From NCBI GenBank assembly GCA_964587415.1, contig CAZPLG010000001.1, positions 1 to 39,630 of the forward strand: a stretch of DNA of 39,630 nucleotides, given 5' to 3'. The notes under the pieces are model-generated. The model was not told the DNA's origin, made no database searches, and was given only the letters and a program-made list of their open reading frames with translations. This DNA comes from an uncultured Dehalococcoidales bacterium (GTDB lineage Bacteria > Chloroflexota > Dehalococcoidia > Dehalococcoidales > BS750m-G39). Positions 18,564 through 28,450 of this stretch are shown piece by piece. Positions within the stretch are counted from its first letter, which is position 1, and each line of letters opens with the position of its first letter. Made by a program: the position numbers and the translations under genes.

Positions 18564-19582
18564 TTAAAGAAGCCATTGCTTTACTAATAGACGGCAAATC
18601 GCTGACTATGGAGCAGGCGTCCGAGGTCATGGAAGAAATAACCACCGGCCAGCTGACCCCCACCCAGTTCGGCGCCTTCGTTACCGCCTTAAGGATAAAG
18701 GGCGAGAGCGCCGACGAGATTGCGGGCTTAGCCAGCGTCATGCGGGCCAAGTCGGTGAGGGTGAAGACGAACGACTCAGTGATAGATATCGTCGGCACGG
18801 GCGGCGATAACTCCGGCAGCTTTAACATCTCCACCGCCGCCGCTTTTGTCGCCGCCGGCGCGGGCATCAAGGTGGCCAAGCACAACAACCGCGCCATGAC
18901 CAGCCAGTGCGGTAGCGCCGATGTCCTGGAGGCATTAAGGATGAAGATTGAGCTCGACGCCAGCCAAGTGCAAGACTGCATTGAAAAGGTCGGCATCGGC
19001 TTCATGTTCGCTCCCCTCTTCCACCCCTCGATGAAGTTCGCCGCCGCCCCCCGCCGCGAGCTGGGCGTGCGCACCGTCTTTAACATCCTCGGCCCCCTCA
19101 CCAACCCGGCATTGGCCGACTCACAGGTCTTGGGCGTACCCGGCCCGGACTTAGGCGAAAAGATGGCGCGGGTGCTCCAGCGCCTGGGCTCAAAGCGGGC
19201 ACTGGTCGTCCACGGCTTAAACGGCATGGACGAAATCACGGTATCGGGAAAATCGCGCGTCTGGGAGCTTAGTGACGGCGAGATAACCGAATACGATATT
19301 TCACCCAAGGACTTCGGCATAGCCGAGGCTGGAACGGAGACACTGGCGGGCGGGACATCGGAGGAAAACGCTAAAATACTGCGCTCGGTGCTGGAGGGTG
19401 AAAAGGGGCCCAAAAGAGACGCCGCGGTGATGAACGCCGCCGCCGGCATCGCCTTGAGTCGCAGCGCTAAAGGCGTACCCGCACTGAAGGAAGCCGCCGA
19501 AATAGCCATAGAGACGATAGACAGCGGCAAGGCGCTGGAAAAACTGGAAAAACTAATAACGCTCAGTCAGAGTTACGGATAG
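18560..19582 (+). CDS. trpD: Anthranilate phosphoribosyltransferase
   Basis: 340-aa ORF. GTGGD motif, KHNNRA. ATGA overlap with trpG. Confidence 0.95.
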   Translation: MIKEAIALLIDGKSLTMEQASEVMEEITTGQLTPTQFGAFVTALRIKGESADEIAGLASVMRAKSVRVKTNDSVIDIVGTGGDNSGSFNISTAAAFVAAGAGIKVAKHNNRAMTSQCGSADVLEALRMKIELDASQVQDCIEKVGIGFMFAPLFHPSMKFAAAPRRELGVRTVFNILGPLTNPALADSQVLGVPGPDLGEKMARVLQRLGSKRALVVHGLNGMDEITVSGKSRVWELSDGEITEYDISPKDFGIAEAGTETLAGGTSEENAKILRSVLEGEKGPKRDAAVMNAAAGIALSRSAKGVPALKEAAEIAIETIDSGKALEKLEKLITLSQSYG

Positions 19583-19586
19583 GAAA

Positions 19587-20357
19587 ATGTTTTTAGACAA
19601 GATTGTCGCCGCAAAACAAAAAGAACTGGAGCAGCAGCAAAAGGCTGTGCCTATGTCTCAACTCGAAGCAGCTATGGAGCAGAAGCCAGCGCCCCTCGAC
19701 TTAGCGGCGGCGCTCAGCGGTGACGGCATCAGCCTCATCGCCGAGGTCAAGCGTGCCTCCCCCTCGCGGGGAGACTTAAACCCTAATTTGGACGCCGTGG
19801 CACTGGCTAAGACATACGCCAAATGCGGTGCAGCGGCAATATCGGTGCTCACCGAGGAGCACTATTTTAAGGGCAGCGGCAAAGACCTCGAATCCGTAAA
19901 GAAAGCCCTCCCCCATGTCCCCGTACTGCGCAAGGACTTCATCCTCGACCCCTATCAGGTGGTCGAAGCCCGCGCCTGGGGTGCCGACGCCATACTCCTG
20001 ATTGTGGCGATACTGGACGATGTCACGCTCCAGCACCTGGTCGCCGAGAGCCACAAGCTGGGCATGTCCTGCCTGCTCGAGGTGCATAACGAGACTGAGC
20101 TTAAGAAGGCGCTGAAATATAACGCCCGGCTCATCGGCATTAATAACCGCAATTTGCAGACCATGAAGGTGGACATAAGCGTTACTAAAAGACTCCGCCC
20201 CCCTATCCCCCCCGGGCGTCTCGCCGTCAGCGAAAGCGGGATAAAGGGACGGGGGGACATCCAAAAGCTAAAAAAGTGGAAAGTCGATGCGGTATTAATC
20301 GGCGAGGCGCTGGTTACCGCTGGCGACATCCCCGCCAAAATAAAGGAGCTATTTTGA
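19587..20357 (+). CDS. trpC: Indole-3-glycerol-phosphate synthase
   Basis: 256-aa ORF. LIAEVKRASPS and RKDFI motifs. Confidence 0.95.
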   Translation: MFLDKIVAAKQKELEQQQKAVPMSQLEAAMEQKPAPLDLAAALSGDGISLIAEVKRASPSRGDLNPNLDAVALAKTYAKCGAAAISVLTEEHYFKGSGKDLESVKKALPHVPVLRKDFILDPYQVVEARAWGADAILLIVAILDDVTLQHLVAESHKLGMSCLLEVHNETELKKALKYNARLIGINNRNLQTMKVDISVTKRLRPPIPPGRLAVSESGIKGRGDIQKLKKWKVDAVLIGEALVTAGDIPAKIKELF

Positions 20358-20992
20358 CCAAGGTTAAGATTTGCGGCATCACCGATGTCTCTTACGTCGG
20401 GGCAGTAGCGGAGGCGGGCGCCGACCTTATCGGCGTCGTCTTCGCCCCCAGCCCACGCCGCGTCACTCAGGAAAAGGCGAAGGCGATAGCGGCGGCGGCT
20501 AAAGAGCACGGGTTACCCGTGGTCGGCGTCTTCGTCAACACGCCCCCCATCGAGGTCAACGCCATAGCCATAGATTGCGGGCTTGACTGGGTGCAGCTCA
20601 GCGGCGACGAGAGCTGGGACTGCTGTCGCCAGATGGAAAAATTGTTGATAAAGGCAGTCCACATAGCCCCCGACTGGGACAAGGAACGGCTCCTGTCTCA
20701 CCTGAAGCGCGGCCAGAGGGAGCTGCGCTTTCGCGCCGCTATCTATCTGCTGGACACCCTCGTCGGGGATAAATACGGGGGCACAGGGCAGGCCTTCGCC
20801 TGGGAAATCGCCCGCCGGGCGGCGGCTAAATACCCGGTAATTATCGCCGGCGGGCTCGACCCCGAGAACGTGGGTCGGGTAGTCGCCGAGCTCAAGCCCT
20901 GGGGGGTCGATGTCTCCAGTGGAGTGGAGAGCGGAGGGGTTAAAGATATTGAAAAAATCAAGGCTTTTATAAAAGCGGCCAAGTCGGCTTGA
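20354..20992 (+). CDS. trpF: Phosphoribosylanthranilate isomerase
   Basis: The track ORF (20276) begins inside trpC. The likely start is TTG 20354, 5 nt after AAGGAG (20343-20348) and overlapping the trpC TGA. The product begins (M)TKVKICGIT, typical of TrpF. Confidence 0.9.
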   Translation: MTKVKICGITDVSYVGAVAEAGADLIGVVFAPSPRRVTQEKAKAIAAAAKEHGLPVVGVFVNTPPIEVNAIAIDCGLDWVQLSGDESWDCCRQMEKLLIKAVHIAPDWDKERLLSHLKRGQRELRFRAAIYLLDTLVGDKYGGTGQAFAWEIARRAAAKYPVIIAGGLDPENVGRVVAELKPWGVDVSSGVESGGVKDIEKIKAFIKAAKSA

Positions 20993-21022
20993 AGCCTTAT
21001 CTCAACAAAGGAGGATAGTGAG

Positions 21023-22018
21023 ATGTTAGTAGTAATGAAAAACGACGCCACCGAAGCCCAGGTGAAAGCGGTCATCAAGGAAATAGAAGGGATGGGCTAC
21101 CGCGGCGTGCCCATGCCCGGCGTCCAGCGCACGGCGGTCTGCATCGTGGGCAACACCGGCCCCGTCGACGATTCCGGGCTGCTGGTGCTGGACGGCGTCA
21201 AAGAGACGGTCAGGGTAACCAAGCAGTACAAGCTGGTGAGCCGGGAAACGCACCCCCAGCCCACCGCCATCACCATCGGGGACGTCAAAATAGGCGGGGG
21301 CAAACCGATAATTATGGCCGGCCCCTGCGCCGTCGAAAGCGAGGAGCAGGCGCTCACCATCGCCCGCCTGGTCAAGAAAAGCGGCGCCCGGGTCTTTCGC
21401 GGTGGCGCCTTCAAGCCCCGCACCTCCCCCTACAGCTTCCAGGGGCTGGGAGAGGAGGGGCTTAAGATTCTAGCTAAGGTCCGCGATGAAACCGGCTTAT
21501 TGATTATAACCGAAGCCATCGACGACAGCAGCCTGGAGCTGGTGGACAAATACGCCGACATCATTCAAATCGGCACCCGCAACATGCATAACTACTCCCT
21601 GCTGCGCCACGCCGGCCACGCCTCAAAACCGGTATTGCTCAAACGCAGCTTCGCCGCCACCATTGAAGAATGGCTCATGTCGGCGGAATACATCAGCTCG
21701 GAGGGCAACAGCCGGATAATCTTATGCGAGCGGGGGATACGCACCTTCTCCGACAACACCCGCAACACCCTGGACCTGAGCGCCATCCCCTCGGTCAAGC
21801 AGGTCAGCCACCTGCCCATCATCGTCGACCCCAGCCACGCCGCGGGCAGGCGAGACTACGTCATTCCCCTCTCCAAGGGTGCGATTGCCGTCGGCGCCGA
21901 CGGCTTACTGGTCGAGGTTCATCACGACCCCCCCCACGCCCTCTCCGACGGGGCGCAGTCCTTATATCCGGAGCAGTTCGACGAATTAATCAGGGAGATA
22001 AAGAGGTTAGCGCCATGA
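21023..22018 (+). CDS. aroF: 3-deoxy-7-phosphoheptulonate (DAHP) synthase, type I-beta, with N-terminal ACT/ferredoxin-like regulatory domain
   Basis: 331-aa ORF. About 65-aa N-terminal domain MLVVMKNDATEAQVKAVIKEIEGMGY... followed by the KDO8P/DAHPS barrel (KPRTSPYSFQGLG). Confidence 0.92.
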   Translation: MLVVMKNDATEAQVKAVIKEIEGMGYRGVPMPGVQRTAVCIVGNTGPVDDSGLLVLDGVKETVRVTKQYKLVSRETHPQPTAITIGDVKIGGGKPIIMAGPCAVESEEQALTIARLVKKSGARVFRGGAFKPRTSPYSFQGLGEEGLKILAKVRDETGLLIITEAIDDSSLELVDKYADIIQIGTRNMHNYSLLRHAGHASKPVLLKRSFAATIEEWLMSAEYISSEGNSRIILCERGIRTFSDNTRNTLDLSAIPSVKQVSHLPIIVDPSHAAGRRDYVIPLSKGAIAVGADGLLVEVHHDPPHALSDGAQSLYPEQFDELIREIKRLAP

Positions 22019-23100
22019 AAGCCAGCCATGTCATCAAACTGGAGACGAGCCGGCAGTGCCCGGTCACCGTCGGCGACGGTATAATCGAGCAGCTCGACGA
22101 GCACTTCGATTTCAGCGGCTACTCCGCCATTGCGCTCATCACCGACACCACCGTCCAACGCCTCTACGGGCGAAATGTATGCCAGCAGCTCAAGGCGACG
22201 GGCCAGAAGGTCTGCCTCTTCACCCTGCCCACCGGCGAAAGGGCCAAGTCGATGAGCACGGTCGAGCGCGGCTATAAGTTCCTCCTGTCGAACAGGGTTG
22301 ACCGCAAAGGCTTAATCTGCGCCTTCGGCGGCGGCGTGGTCGGCGACACCGCCGGCTTTATCGCCGCCAGCTACCTGCGCGGCATTGACTACATCCAGCT
22401 GCCCACCACCCTCCTCGCCCAGGTGGACAGCAGCCTCGGCGGCAAGGTCGGGGTCAACTTCGAGGGCAAGAAGAACATGGTCGGCAGCTTCTACCAGCCC
22501 AGGGCAATTATCACCGATGTCGCCCTCTTAAAATCTTTGCCCCCCATCGAGATGCGCCACGGCCTGGCCGAGGTCATCAAATACGGTATAGCCATGGACG
22601 AGGGGCTATACCGTATTCTTGAGCAGAAGCAGGACAGCGTTTTCAATACCGATGAGCTTACCGACATCGTGATGCGCTGCTGCCGCCTGAAGGCGGGTAT
22701 AGTTGAAGCCGACGAGACGGAACGGACGGGCCGGCGCGCTATCTTAAACTTCGGCCACACCGTCGGCCACGCCCTGGAAGCGGTCAGCGGCTTCAAGGGA
22801 CACAGCCACGGTGAGGCGGTGGCGGTGGGCATAATCGCCGCCGCCATGGTAAGCCAGCGCCTGGGCAATCTTGGCGCTGGCGACATCGAGCGCGTCAAAA
22901 AGCTGATAGCCAAGTTCGGCCTGCCCATCGCCTGCACCGGGGTAAGCCCCGACGCTTTAATCAAAATCATCCGCTTCGACAAGAAAACGACCCTGGGCCG
23001 GACCCACTGGGTTTTAGTCAAAGGGATAGGCAAAGGTATAACCGACCAAACGGTGGCTGAAGACTTGGTCGGAAAAGTGCTAAAGGAGCTATGCCGATGA
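22015..23100 (+). CDS. aroB: 3-dehydroquinate synthase
   Basis: The track ORF is open from 21670, but that extension overlaps aroF and is Arg/Pro-rich junk. The ATG at 22015 overlaps the aroF TGA (ATGA). Motifs GGGVVGD and NFGHTVGHALE. Confidence 0.93.
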   Translation: MKASHVIKLETSRQCPVTVGDGIIEQLDEHFDFSGYSAIALITDTTVQRLYGRNVCQQLKATGQKVCLFTLPTGERAKSMSTVERGYKFLLSNRVDRKGLICAFGGGVVGDTAGFIAASYLRGIDYIQLPTTLLAQVDSSLGGKVGVNFEGKKNMVGSFYQPRAIITDVALLKSLPPIEMRHGLAEVIKYGIAMDEGLYRILEQKQDSVFNTDELTDIVMRCCRLKAGIVEADETERTGRRAILNFGHTVGHALEAVSGFKGHSHGEAVAVGIIAAAMVSQRLGNLGAGDIERVKKLIAKFGLPIACTGVSPDALIKIIRFDKKTTLGRTHWVLVKGIGKGITDQTVAEDLVGKVLKELCR

Positions 23101-23543
23101 AAATACTGGTCATTAACGGTCCCAACCTCAATATGCTGGGCAAAAGAGACGCCGAGCACTACGGCTCCGACACCCTGCAGGCAATAGAGCAAAAGCTCAT
23201 CGAGAAAAGCGAGTCGCTGGGCTGCGAGCTTAGCTTCTTCCAGTCCAACCACGAAGGCGCTATCATCGACTTCATCCAGGGGAAAGCAGAGGGAGCCGAC
23301 GGTATTCTCATCAACCCCGCCTCCCTCACCCACTACGGCTACTCCCTTCACGATGCCCTGGTTGACGCCGGATTGCCCGTGGTCGAGGTGCACCTGTCGG
23401 ACATTCAGCACCGGGAGGAATGGCGCCAAACATCGGTCATCGCCGATATAGCCATTAAGCAGATCAGCGGGCTTAAAAAACAGAGCTATATACTGGGGCT
23501 GGAAGCCCTGGTGGAACATATCAAGACCGGAAAGAAAAAGTGA
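23097..23543 (+). CDS. aroQ: Type II 3-dehydroquinate dehydratase
   Basis: MKILVINGPNLNMLGKR and HLSDIQHRE motifs. The ATG at 23097 lies 8 nt after AAGGAG and overlaps the aroB TGA. The alternative ATG at 23091 is too close to the SD. Confidence 0.93.
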   Translation: MKILVINGPNLNMLGKRDAEHYGSDTLQAIEQKLIEKSESLGCELSFFQSNHEGAIIDFIQGKAEGADGILINPASLTHYGYSLHDALVDAGLPVVEVHLSDIQHREEWRQTSVIADIAIKQISGLKKQSYILGLEALVEHIKTGKKK

Positions 23544-24823
23544 AGGTAAAGATAACGCCGTCACCGGTAACAGGCGAGCTATCGGCCCCGCCCTCCAAGA
23601 GCTACACCCATCGGGCGGTAATACTGGCTTCGCTGGCAACGGGGGAAAGCATAATCGAGAACCCCCTGCTGTCGGATGATACCCGTTACACCATAGACGC
23701 CTGCCGCGCCCTGGGTGCCGACGTTAAACTGCACGACGACAGCATCGTAGTTATCGGCACGGGCGGCAAAATCAGCCCCGAAAAGCAAGAGATATTCGCC
23801 GGCAATTCGGGCAGCACCATCAGGATGATAGCCCCGCTGGCGGCTTTGGGCAAAACAAAGGTTATACTCGACGGCGACAGCCGTCTGCGCCAGCGCCCTA
23901 TGGGCGACCTGCTCTCGGCGCTACAGAGCCTGGGGATTCAAACTCGCTCGCTGGGCGCTAAAGGCTGCCCCCCGTTTGAGATTCAGGACGGAGACTTTAA
24001 GGCTAACGAGGTTACCCTCTCCGGAGAAACCAGCTCCCAGCCCATAAGTGCCCTGCTCATGATTGCCTCTCAAACCAAAGAAGGTCTACGAATAAGAATC
24101 GACGGTGGGCTTCATTCCAAACCATATATTGACATTACCCTGGACGCCATGAGAGCCTTCGGCGTCGAGGCGGTCAACCGCGACTATAAAGAGTTTCTGG
24201 TCGAAGGCGGTCAGGTGTATAAAGCCCGCCGCTACCGCATCGAGGGCGACTATTCTTCCGCCGCCTATTTCCTGGCGGCGGGCGCTATCGGCGGCGGTCC
24301 CGTAACCGTAACCGACCTCAAGACCGATTCGGTACAGGGCGACAGACAACTTTTGACCATCCTCGCCGAAATGGGCGGTTCGGTTGACTATAAAAAGGAG
24401 GCGGTGAGAGTCCAACGCACTGGTGCACTCGAAGGCATTACTATCGACATGGGCGACTACCCCGACCTTGTCCCCACCCTGGCGGTGGTCGCCGCCTATG
24501 CCAGCGGCAAAACCAAGATAACCAACATCGCCCATCTGCGCTTTAAGGAAAGCGACCGTATCAAAGACACGGCGGCAGAACTGGGTAAAATGGGCGTTAA
24601 AACCGAGGTCAGTGGTGATACAATGGTAATATACGGCGGCAAACCTTTAGGCGCTAAAATCGACGCCCACAACGACCACCGCCTGGCCATGAGCCTTGGC
24701 GTGGCCGCCCTCTCCGCCGATGGCGATTGCATTATCAACGGCGCCGAAGCCGTCACCAAGTCCTATCCCCGGTTCTTTAGCGACCTGCTAAAATTAGGGG
24801 CCAGGGTCGAGGAACTGTCATGA
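23540..24823 (+). CDS. aroA: 3-phosphoshikimate 1-carboxyvinyltransferase (EPSP synthase)
   Basis: 427-aa ORF. KSYTHR and GNSGSTIR motifs. GTGA overlap with aroQ. Confidence 0.95.
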   Translation: MKVKITPSPVTGELSAPPSKSYTHRAVILASLATGESIIENPLLSDDTRYTIDACRALGADVKLHDDSIVVIGTGGKISPEKQEIFAGNSGSTIRMIAPLAALGKTKVILDGDSRLRQRPMGDLLSALQSLGIQTRSLGAKGCPPFEIQDGDFKANEVTLSGETSSQPISALLMIASQTKEGLRIRIDGGLHSKPYIDITLDAMRAFGVEAVNRDYKEFLVEGGQVYKARRYRIEGDYSSAAYFLAAGAIGGGPVTVTDLKTDSVQGDRQLLTILAEMGGSVDYKKEAVRVQRTGALEGITIDMGDYPDLVPTLAVVAAYASGKTKITNIAHLRFKESDRIKDTAAELGKMGVKTEVSGDTMVIYGGKPLGAKIDAHNDHRLAMSLGVAALSADGDCIINGAEAVTKSYPRFFSDLLKLGARVEELS

Positions 24824-26115
24824 ACATCGTCCTTATCGGCATGAGGGGTTCGGGCAAGACAGCGGTGGGCAGGATTCTAGCCCAAAAGCTGGGCCGGGAG
24901 TTTATCGAGATGGACAAGCTTATCGTCCAGAGAGCGGGACTGAGCATTTCCGAGATTGTGGCTCAACACGGCTGGGAAAGATTCCGCGAGCTGGAAGCAG
25001 AAGTAACCACCGAGGTGGCTGAGCGCGATAATATCGTCAACGCCACGGGCGGCGGCGTGGTCGTTAGAGAGCAGAATATTGTAAAGCTAAAGCAGAATGG
25101 CTTATTGGTCTGGCTCACCGCCAGTGTCAATAGCCTATCAAAGCGCATCGGTGAGGATGACAGCCGCCCGCTGCTCAAAGGCAAAACGCAGCGCCAAGAC
25201 TTGGAAATAACGCTGGCCGAACGCCAACCCCTCTACCGAAAGGCCGTCGACATCACCATCGACACCGAGAACAAGACACCGGAGGCAATAGCCGAGATAA
25301 TCGCCGACACCAAAATCTGCTGCCTCATCGGCGACCCCGTCGAGCACTCGCTATCCCCCCTCATCCACAACACCGCCTATAAAGCGCTGGACATCAACTA
25401 CGCCTATATTACCCTACCCGCCGGCGACATCGAGCGGGCGTTAGCGGAGATAAGAGAGCGCGGCATACGGGGCGCCAGCGTTACCACCCCCCACAAGGTC
25501 AACGCCCTGAAACACCTCGATCTTGTTGACCCCACCGTCCAGGCCATCGGTGCCGTCAACACCATCGTCAACGATAACAGCGTGCTCACCGGCTATAACA
25601 CCGATGGCGACGCCGCCCTCAAGGCATTAGAGGAAGTCACCGACCTCGGCGGCAAGAGAGTCGTCCTCGTCGGCAGCGGCGGTGCCGCCCTGGCTATCGC
25701 CGCCGCGCTTAAAGAAAAGGGGGCTAAGCTTGTGATTCTGAACCGCACCGGGGCTAAAGCCCGCCAACTGGCGGACAAGCTCGATGCCGAGGACGCGGGG
25801 GATTTAAGCAGAATTTCGCTGGTCGCCGAGGCCGATATACTAATAAACGCCACCACGGTGGGCATGGCGCCCGAAACCAGTGAGACCATTGTTCCCCAAA
25901 AATTCCTGCACGAGCGCCTCACCGTCTTCGACATCGTCTATAACCCCAGAGAAACCCGGCTGCTCCGGGAAGCCCGGGTGAAGGGGTGCGCCGTCGTCTA
26001 CGGCGACAAGATGCTGCTCTACCAGGCAGCCCAACAGTTCGAACTCTTTACCGGCCACCCCGCCCCACTCAAAATAATGGAGTCGGCCCTGACTAAAGCC
26101 CTGGGAGGAGGATAG
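24820..26115 (+). CDS. aroK/aroE: Bifunctional shikimate kinase (N-terminal) / shikimate 5-dehydrogenase (C-terminal) fusion
   Basis: 431-aa ORF. Residues 1 to about 165 carry the P-loop GMRGSGKT plus the SK fold. From about residue 168, CLIGDPVEHSLSPLIHN and GSGGAA Rossmann motifs of AroE. ATGA overlap with aroA. Confidence 0.9.
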   Translation: MNIVLIGMRGSGKTAVGRILAQKLGREFIEMDKLIVQRAGLSISEIVAQHGWERFRELEAEVTTEVAERDNIVNATGGGVVVREQNIVKLKQNGLLVWLTASVNSLSKRIGEDDSRPLLKGKTQRQDLEITLAERQPLYRKAVDITIDTENKTPEAIAEIIADTKICCLIGDPVEHSLSPLIHNTAYKALDINYAYITLPAGDIERALAEIRERGIRGASVTTPHKVNALKHLDLVDPTVQAIGAVNTIVNDNSVLTGYNTDGDAALKALEEVTDLGGKRVVLVGSGGAALAIAAALKEKGAKLVILNRTGAKARQLADKLDAEDAGDLSRISLVAEADILINATTVGMAPETSETIVPQKFLHERLTVFDIVYNPRETRLLREARVKGCAVVYGDKMLLYQAAQQFELFTGHPAPLKIMESALTKALGGG

Positions 26116-26117
26116 TC

Positions 26118-27272
26118 ATGCTACGCATTCTAACCGCTGGAGAATCTCACGGCCCCGCCTGCCTGGCCATCATCGAGGGCATGCCCGCCGGGGTCAGGCT
26201 CAAAGTCGCCGACATTAATAGCGACCTCAAGCGCCGCCACGCCGACTTCGGTAGAGGCGGACGAAAGCTCATCGAAGAGGACAGGGCCGAAATCCTCGCT
26301 GGCGTTAGGTACGGCAAAACCTTGGGCAGCCCCATCGCCTTGATGGTCAAGAACATGGACTTCGCCAACTGGCGGGAGGAGATGAGCCTTGAGGAAACCA
26401 ATAAACCAGCGCAAAAAGTAACCAAGCCCCGCCCCGGCCACGCCGACCTGGCGGGAGCCATAAAGTACGGCCAGGACGACATCAGGAACATCTCGGAAAG
26501 GGCCAGCGCCCGAGAAACGATAAGCCGGGTCATGGCGGGGGCGGCGGTAAAACAAATGCTGGCCGAGTTCGCTATCGCCATCGCCAGCCACACCGTCCGC
26601 ATCGGCGAGGTGGCTCTGGATAAAGGCGACTATTCCTTCGACGAGGTGGCAAAAGCCTTTACCACCGACCCCGATATTCGCTGTATTGATTCAGAAACAT
26701 CAGAGAAGATGAAGCAGGCAATCAAGGTAGCTGCCGCCGGAAAAGACACCCTGGGCGGTGTCGTCGAGGTCATCGCCGCTGGCGTCCCCACAGGTTTGGG
26801 CAGTGTTATGCACTACGACCGCCGCCTCGACGGCAAAATCGCCCAGGCATTGATGAGCATCCCCTCGGCCAAAGCGGTCGAAATCGGCAACGCTATTGCC
26901 GGCGCCGCCATGTTCGGCTCCGAATTTCAGGACCCCATCAGCTATAAGGGCAACCGCTTCACCCGTGAGAGCAACAATGCGGGCGGCATAGAAGGCGGCA
27001 TGAGCAACGGCAAAAACATCATCTGCCACGTCTACCACAAGCCAATTTCAACACTCGGCGAGCCCGTGGAGACAGTGGACATCGCCAGTCGCAAGTCGGC
27101 GAAAGCCAGCGTGGAGCGTTCCGATATCTGCGCCGTCCCCAGAGCCGGGGTCATTGCCGAAGCCATGCTGGCTCTGGTCTTAGGTGAAGCCATGATTGAG
27201 AAGTTCGGCGGCGACAGCATCGGTGAGATGAAGCGCAACTTCAGCGCCTACCTTAAGGAGAGAGGCTTATGA
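26118..27272 (+). CDS. aroC: Chorismate synthase
   Basis: 384-aa [12 protein letters not shown]-terminus, RPGHAD, GGISNG-like GGMSNG. Confidence 0.96.
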   Translation: MLRILTAGESHGPACLAIIEGMPAGVRLKVADINSDLKRRHADFGRGGRKLIEEDRAEILAGVRYGKTLGSPIALMVKNMDFANWREEMSLEETNKPAQKVTKPRPGHADLAGAIKYGQDDIRNISERASARETISRVMAGAAVKQMLAEFAIAIASHTVRIGEVALDKGDYSFDEVAKAFTTDPDIRCIDSETSEKMKQAIKVAAAGKDTLGGVVEVIAAGVPTGLGSVMHYDRRLDGKIAQALMSIPSAKAVEIGNAIAGAAMFGSEFQDPISYKGNRFTRESNNAGGIEGGMSNGKNIICHVYHKPISTLGEPVETVDIASRKSAKASVERSDICAVPRAGVIAEAMLALVLGEAMIEKFGGDSIGEMKRNFSAYLKERGL

Positions 27273-28450
27273 TAGACGAAAGGGGATACTTCGGAGACTA
27301 CGGCGGGCAGTTCGTCCCCGAAACCTTAATGCCCGTCCTCGATGAGCTTAGCCAGGCCTACCGGAAGGCAAAGGACGACAAGGCTTTCTGGCGCCAGTTC
27401 GAGGCGCTATCCCGCGACTATTCGGGCCGGCCGACGTCACTTTACCTGGCCAAAGGCTTGACCGAGCATTGCGGCGGCGCCAAGATTTTCCTCAAGAGGG
27501 AAGACCTGGCCCACACCGGTGCCCACAAGATTAACAACGCTCTCGGCCAGGGGCTTCTGGCCAAGAAGATGGGCAAGCGAAGAATCATCGCCGAAACCGG
27601 TGCCGGGCAGCACGGTGTCGCCGCTGCCGCCGTCTGCGCCATGCTGGGGCTGGACTGCATCGTCTATATGGGCGAAGAAGACGTCCAGCGCCAGTCCCTC
27701 AACGTTTTTCGGATGAGATTAATGGGCGCCGAGGTCAGGCCCGTGGCCAGCGGCAGCCGCACCCTCAAGGACGCCATCAACGAAGCGATAAGGGACTGGG
27801 TGACCAACCCCGACACCTATTATCTTCTGGGCTCGGTGGTCGGCCCCGCCCCCTACCCCACTATGGTCAGGGACTTCCAATCGGTAATCGGCCGGGAGAC
27901 GAGGCAGCAGATTCTGGCTGAAGTAAAACGTCTGCCTGATTACATCGTCGCCTGCGTCGGCGGTGGCAGCAACGCCATCGGCATCTTCTATCCCTTTTTG
28001 GAAGACAAGGATGTTAAACTAATCGGCGTCGAGGCGGCGGGCCGGGGCATCAAGACCGGGCAGCACGCCGCCCCCTTAATGGCGGGAACGGTGGGCGTTC
28101 TCCACGGCACGAAGTCCTACGTCCTTCAGGACGAGGGCGGCCAAATCAGGGAGACACACAGCGTCTCGGCCGGCCTCGACTACCCCGGTGTCGGCCCCGA
28201 GCACAGCTATCTTAAAGACAGCCGCCGCGCCGAATACGTGGCGGTAACCGACGAGCAGGCACTGGAGGGCTTTCAACTGCTCTGCAAGACCGAGGGCATC
28301 GTCCCCGCCCTAGAACCCGCCCATGCCATCTACCACGCGGTGGAGATGGCTAAATCGTTAGACAAGGAGCAAATCATTGTGGTCAACCTCTCCGGCCGCG
28401 GCGATAAGGACATGGATATCGTGGCTAAAGAGCTGGGGGTGGAGCTATGA
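27269..28450 (+). CDS. trpB: Tryptophan synthase beta chain
   Basis: 393-aa [19 protein letters not shown] (PLP lysine) and [12 protein letters not shown] overlap with aroC. Confidence 0.97.
   Translation: MIDERGYFGDYGGQFVPETLMPVLDELSQAYRKAKDDKAFWRQFEALSRDYSGRPTSLYLAKGLTEHCGGAKIFLKREDLAHTGAHKINNALGQGLLAKKMGKRRIIAETGAGQHGVAAAAVCAMLGLDCIVYMGEEDVQRQSLNVFRMRLMGAEVRPVASGSRTLKDAINEAIRDWVTNPDTYYLLGSVVGPAPYPTMVRDFQSVIGRETRQQILAEVKRLPDYIVACVGGGSNAIGIFYPFLEDKDVKLIGVEAAGRGIKTGQHAAPLMAGTVGVLHGTKSYVLQDEGGQIRETHSVSAGLDYPGVGPEHSYLKDSRRAEYVAVTDEQALEGFQLLCKTEGIVPALEPAHAIYHAVEMAKSLDKEQIIVVNLSGRGDKDMDIVAKELGVEL

Noticed and set aside
18505-19530. 341-aa minus-strand ORF antisense to trpD
   Set aside because: Ser/Ala/Pro-rich low-complexity translation, with no SD or recognisable domain. 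It fully overlaps a confidently identified trpD in a GC-rich region where long antisense ORFs arise by chance. The same reasoning applies to the other long antisense ORFs: 4645-5403, 5717-6442, 10620-11387, 22491-23639, 30698-31525 and 36584-37210.
21670-22014. N-terminal 115-aa extension of the aroB ORF (track ORF 21670..23100)
   Set aside because: The extension lies entirely within aroF in another frame and translates to an Arg/Pro/Gly/His-rich sequence. The ATG at 22015 gives a normal AroB length and the ATGA coupling seen throughout the operon.
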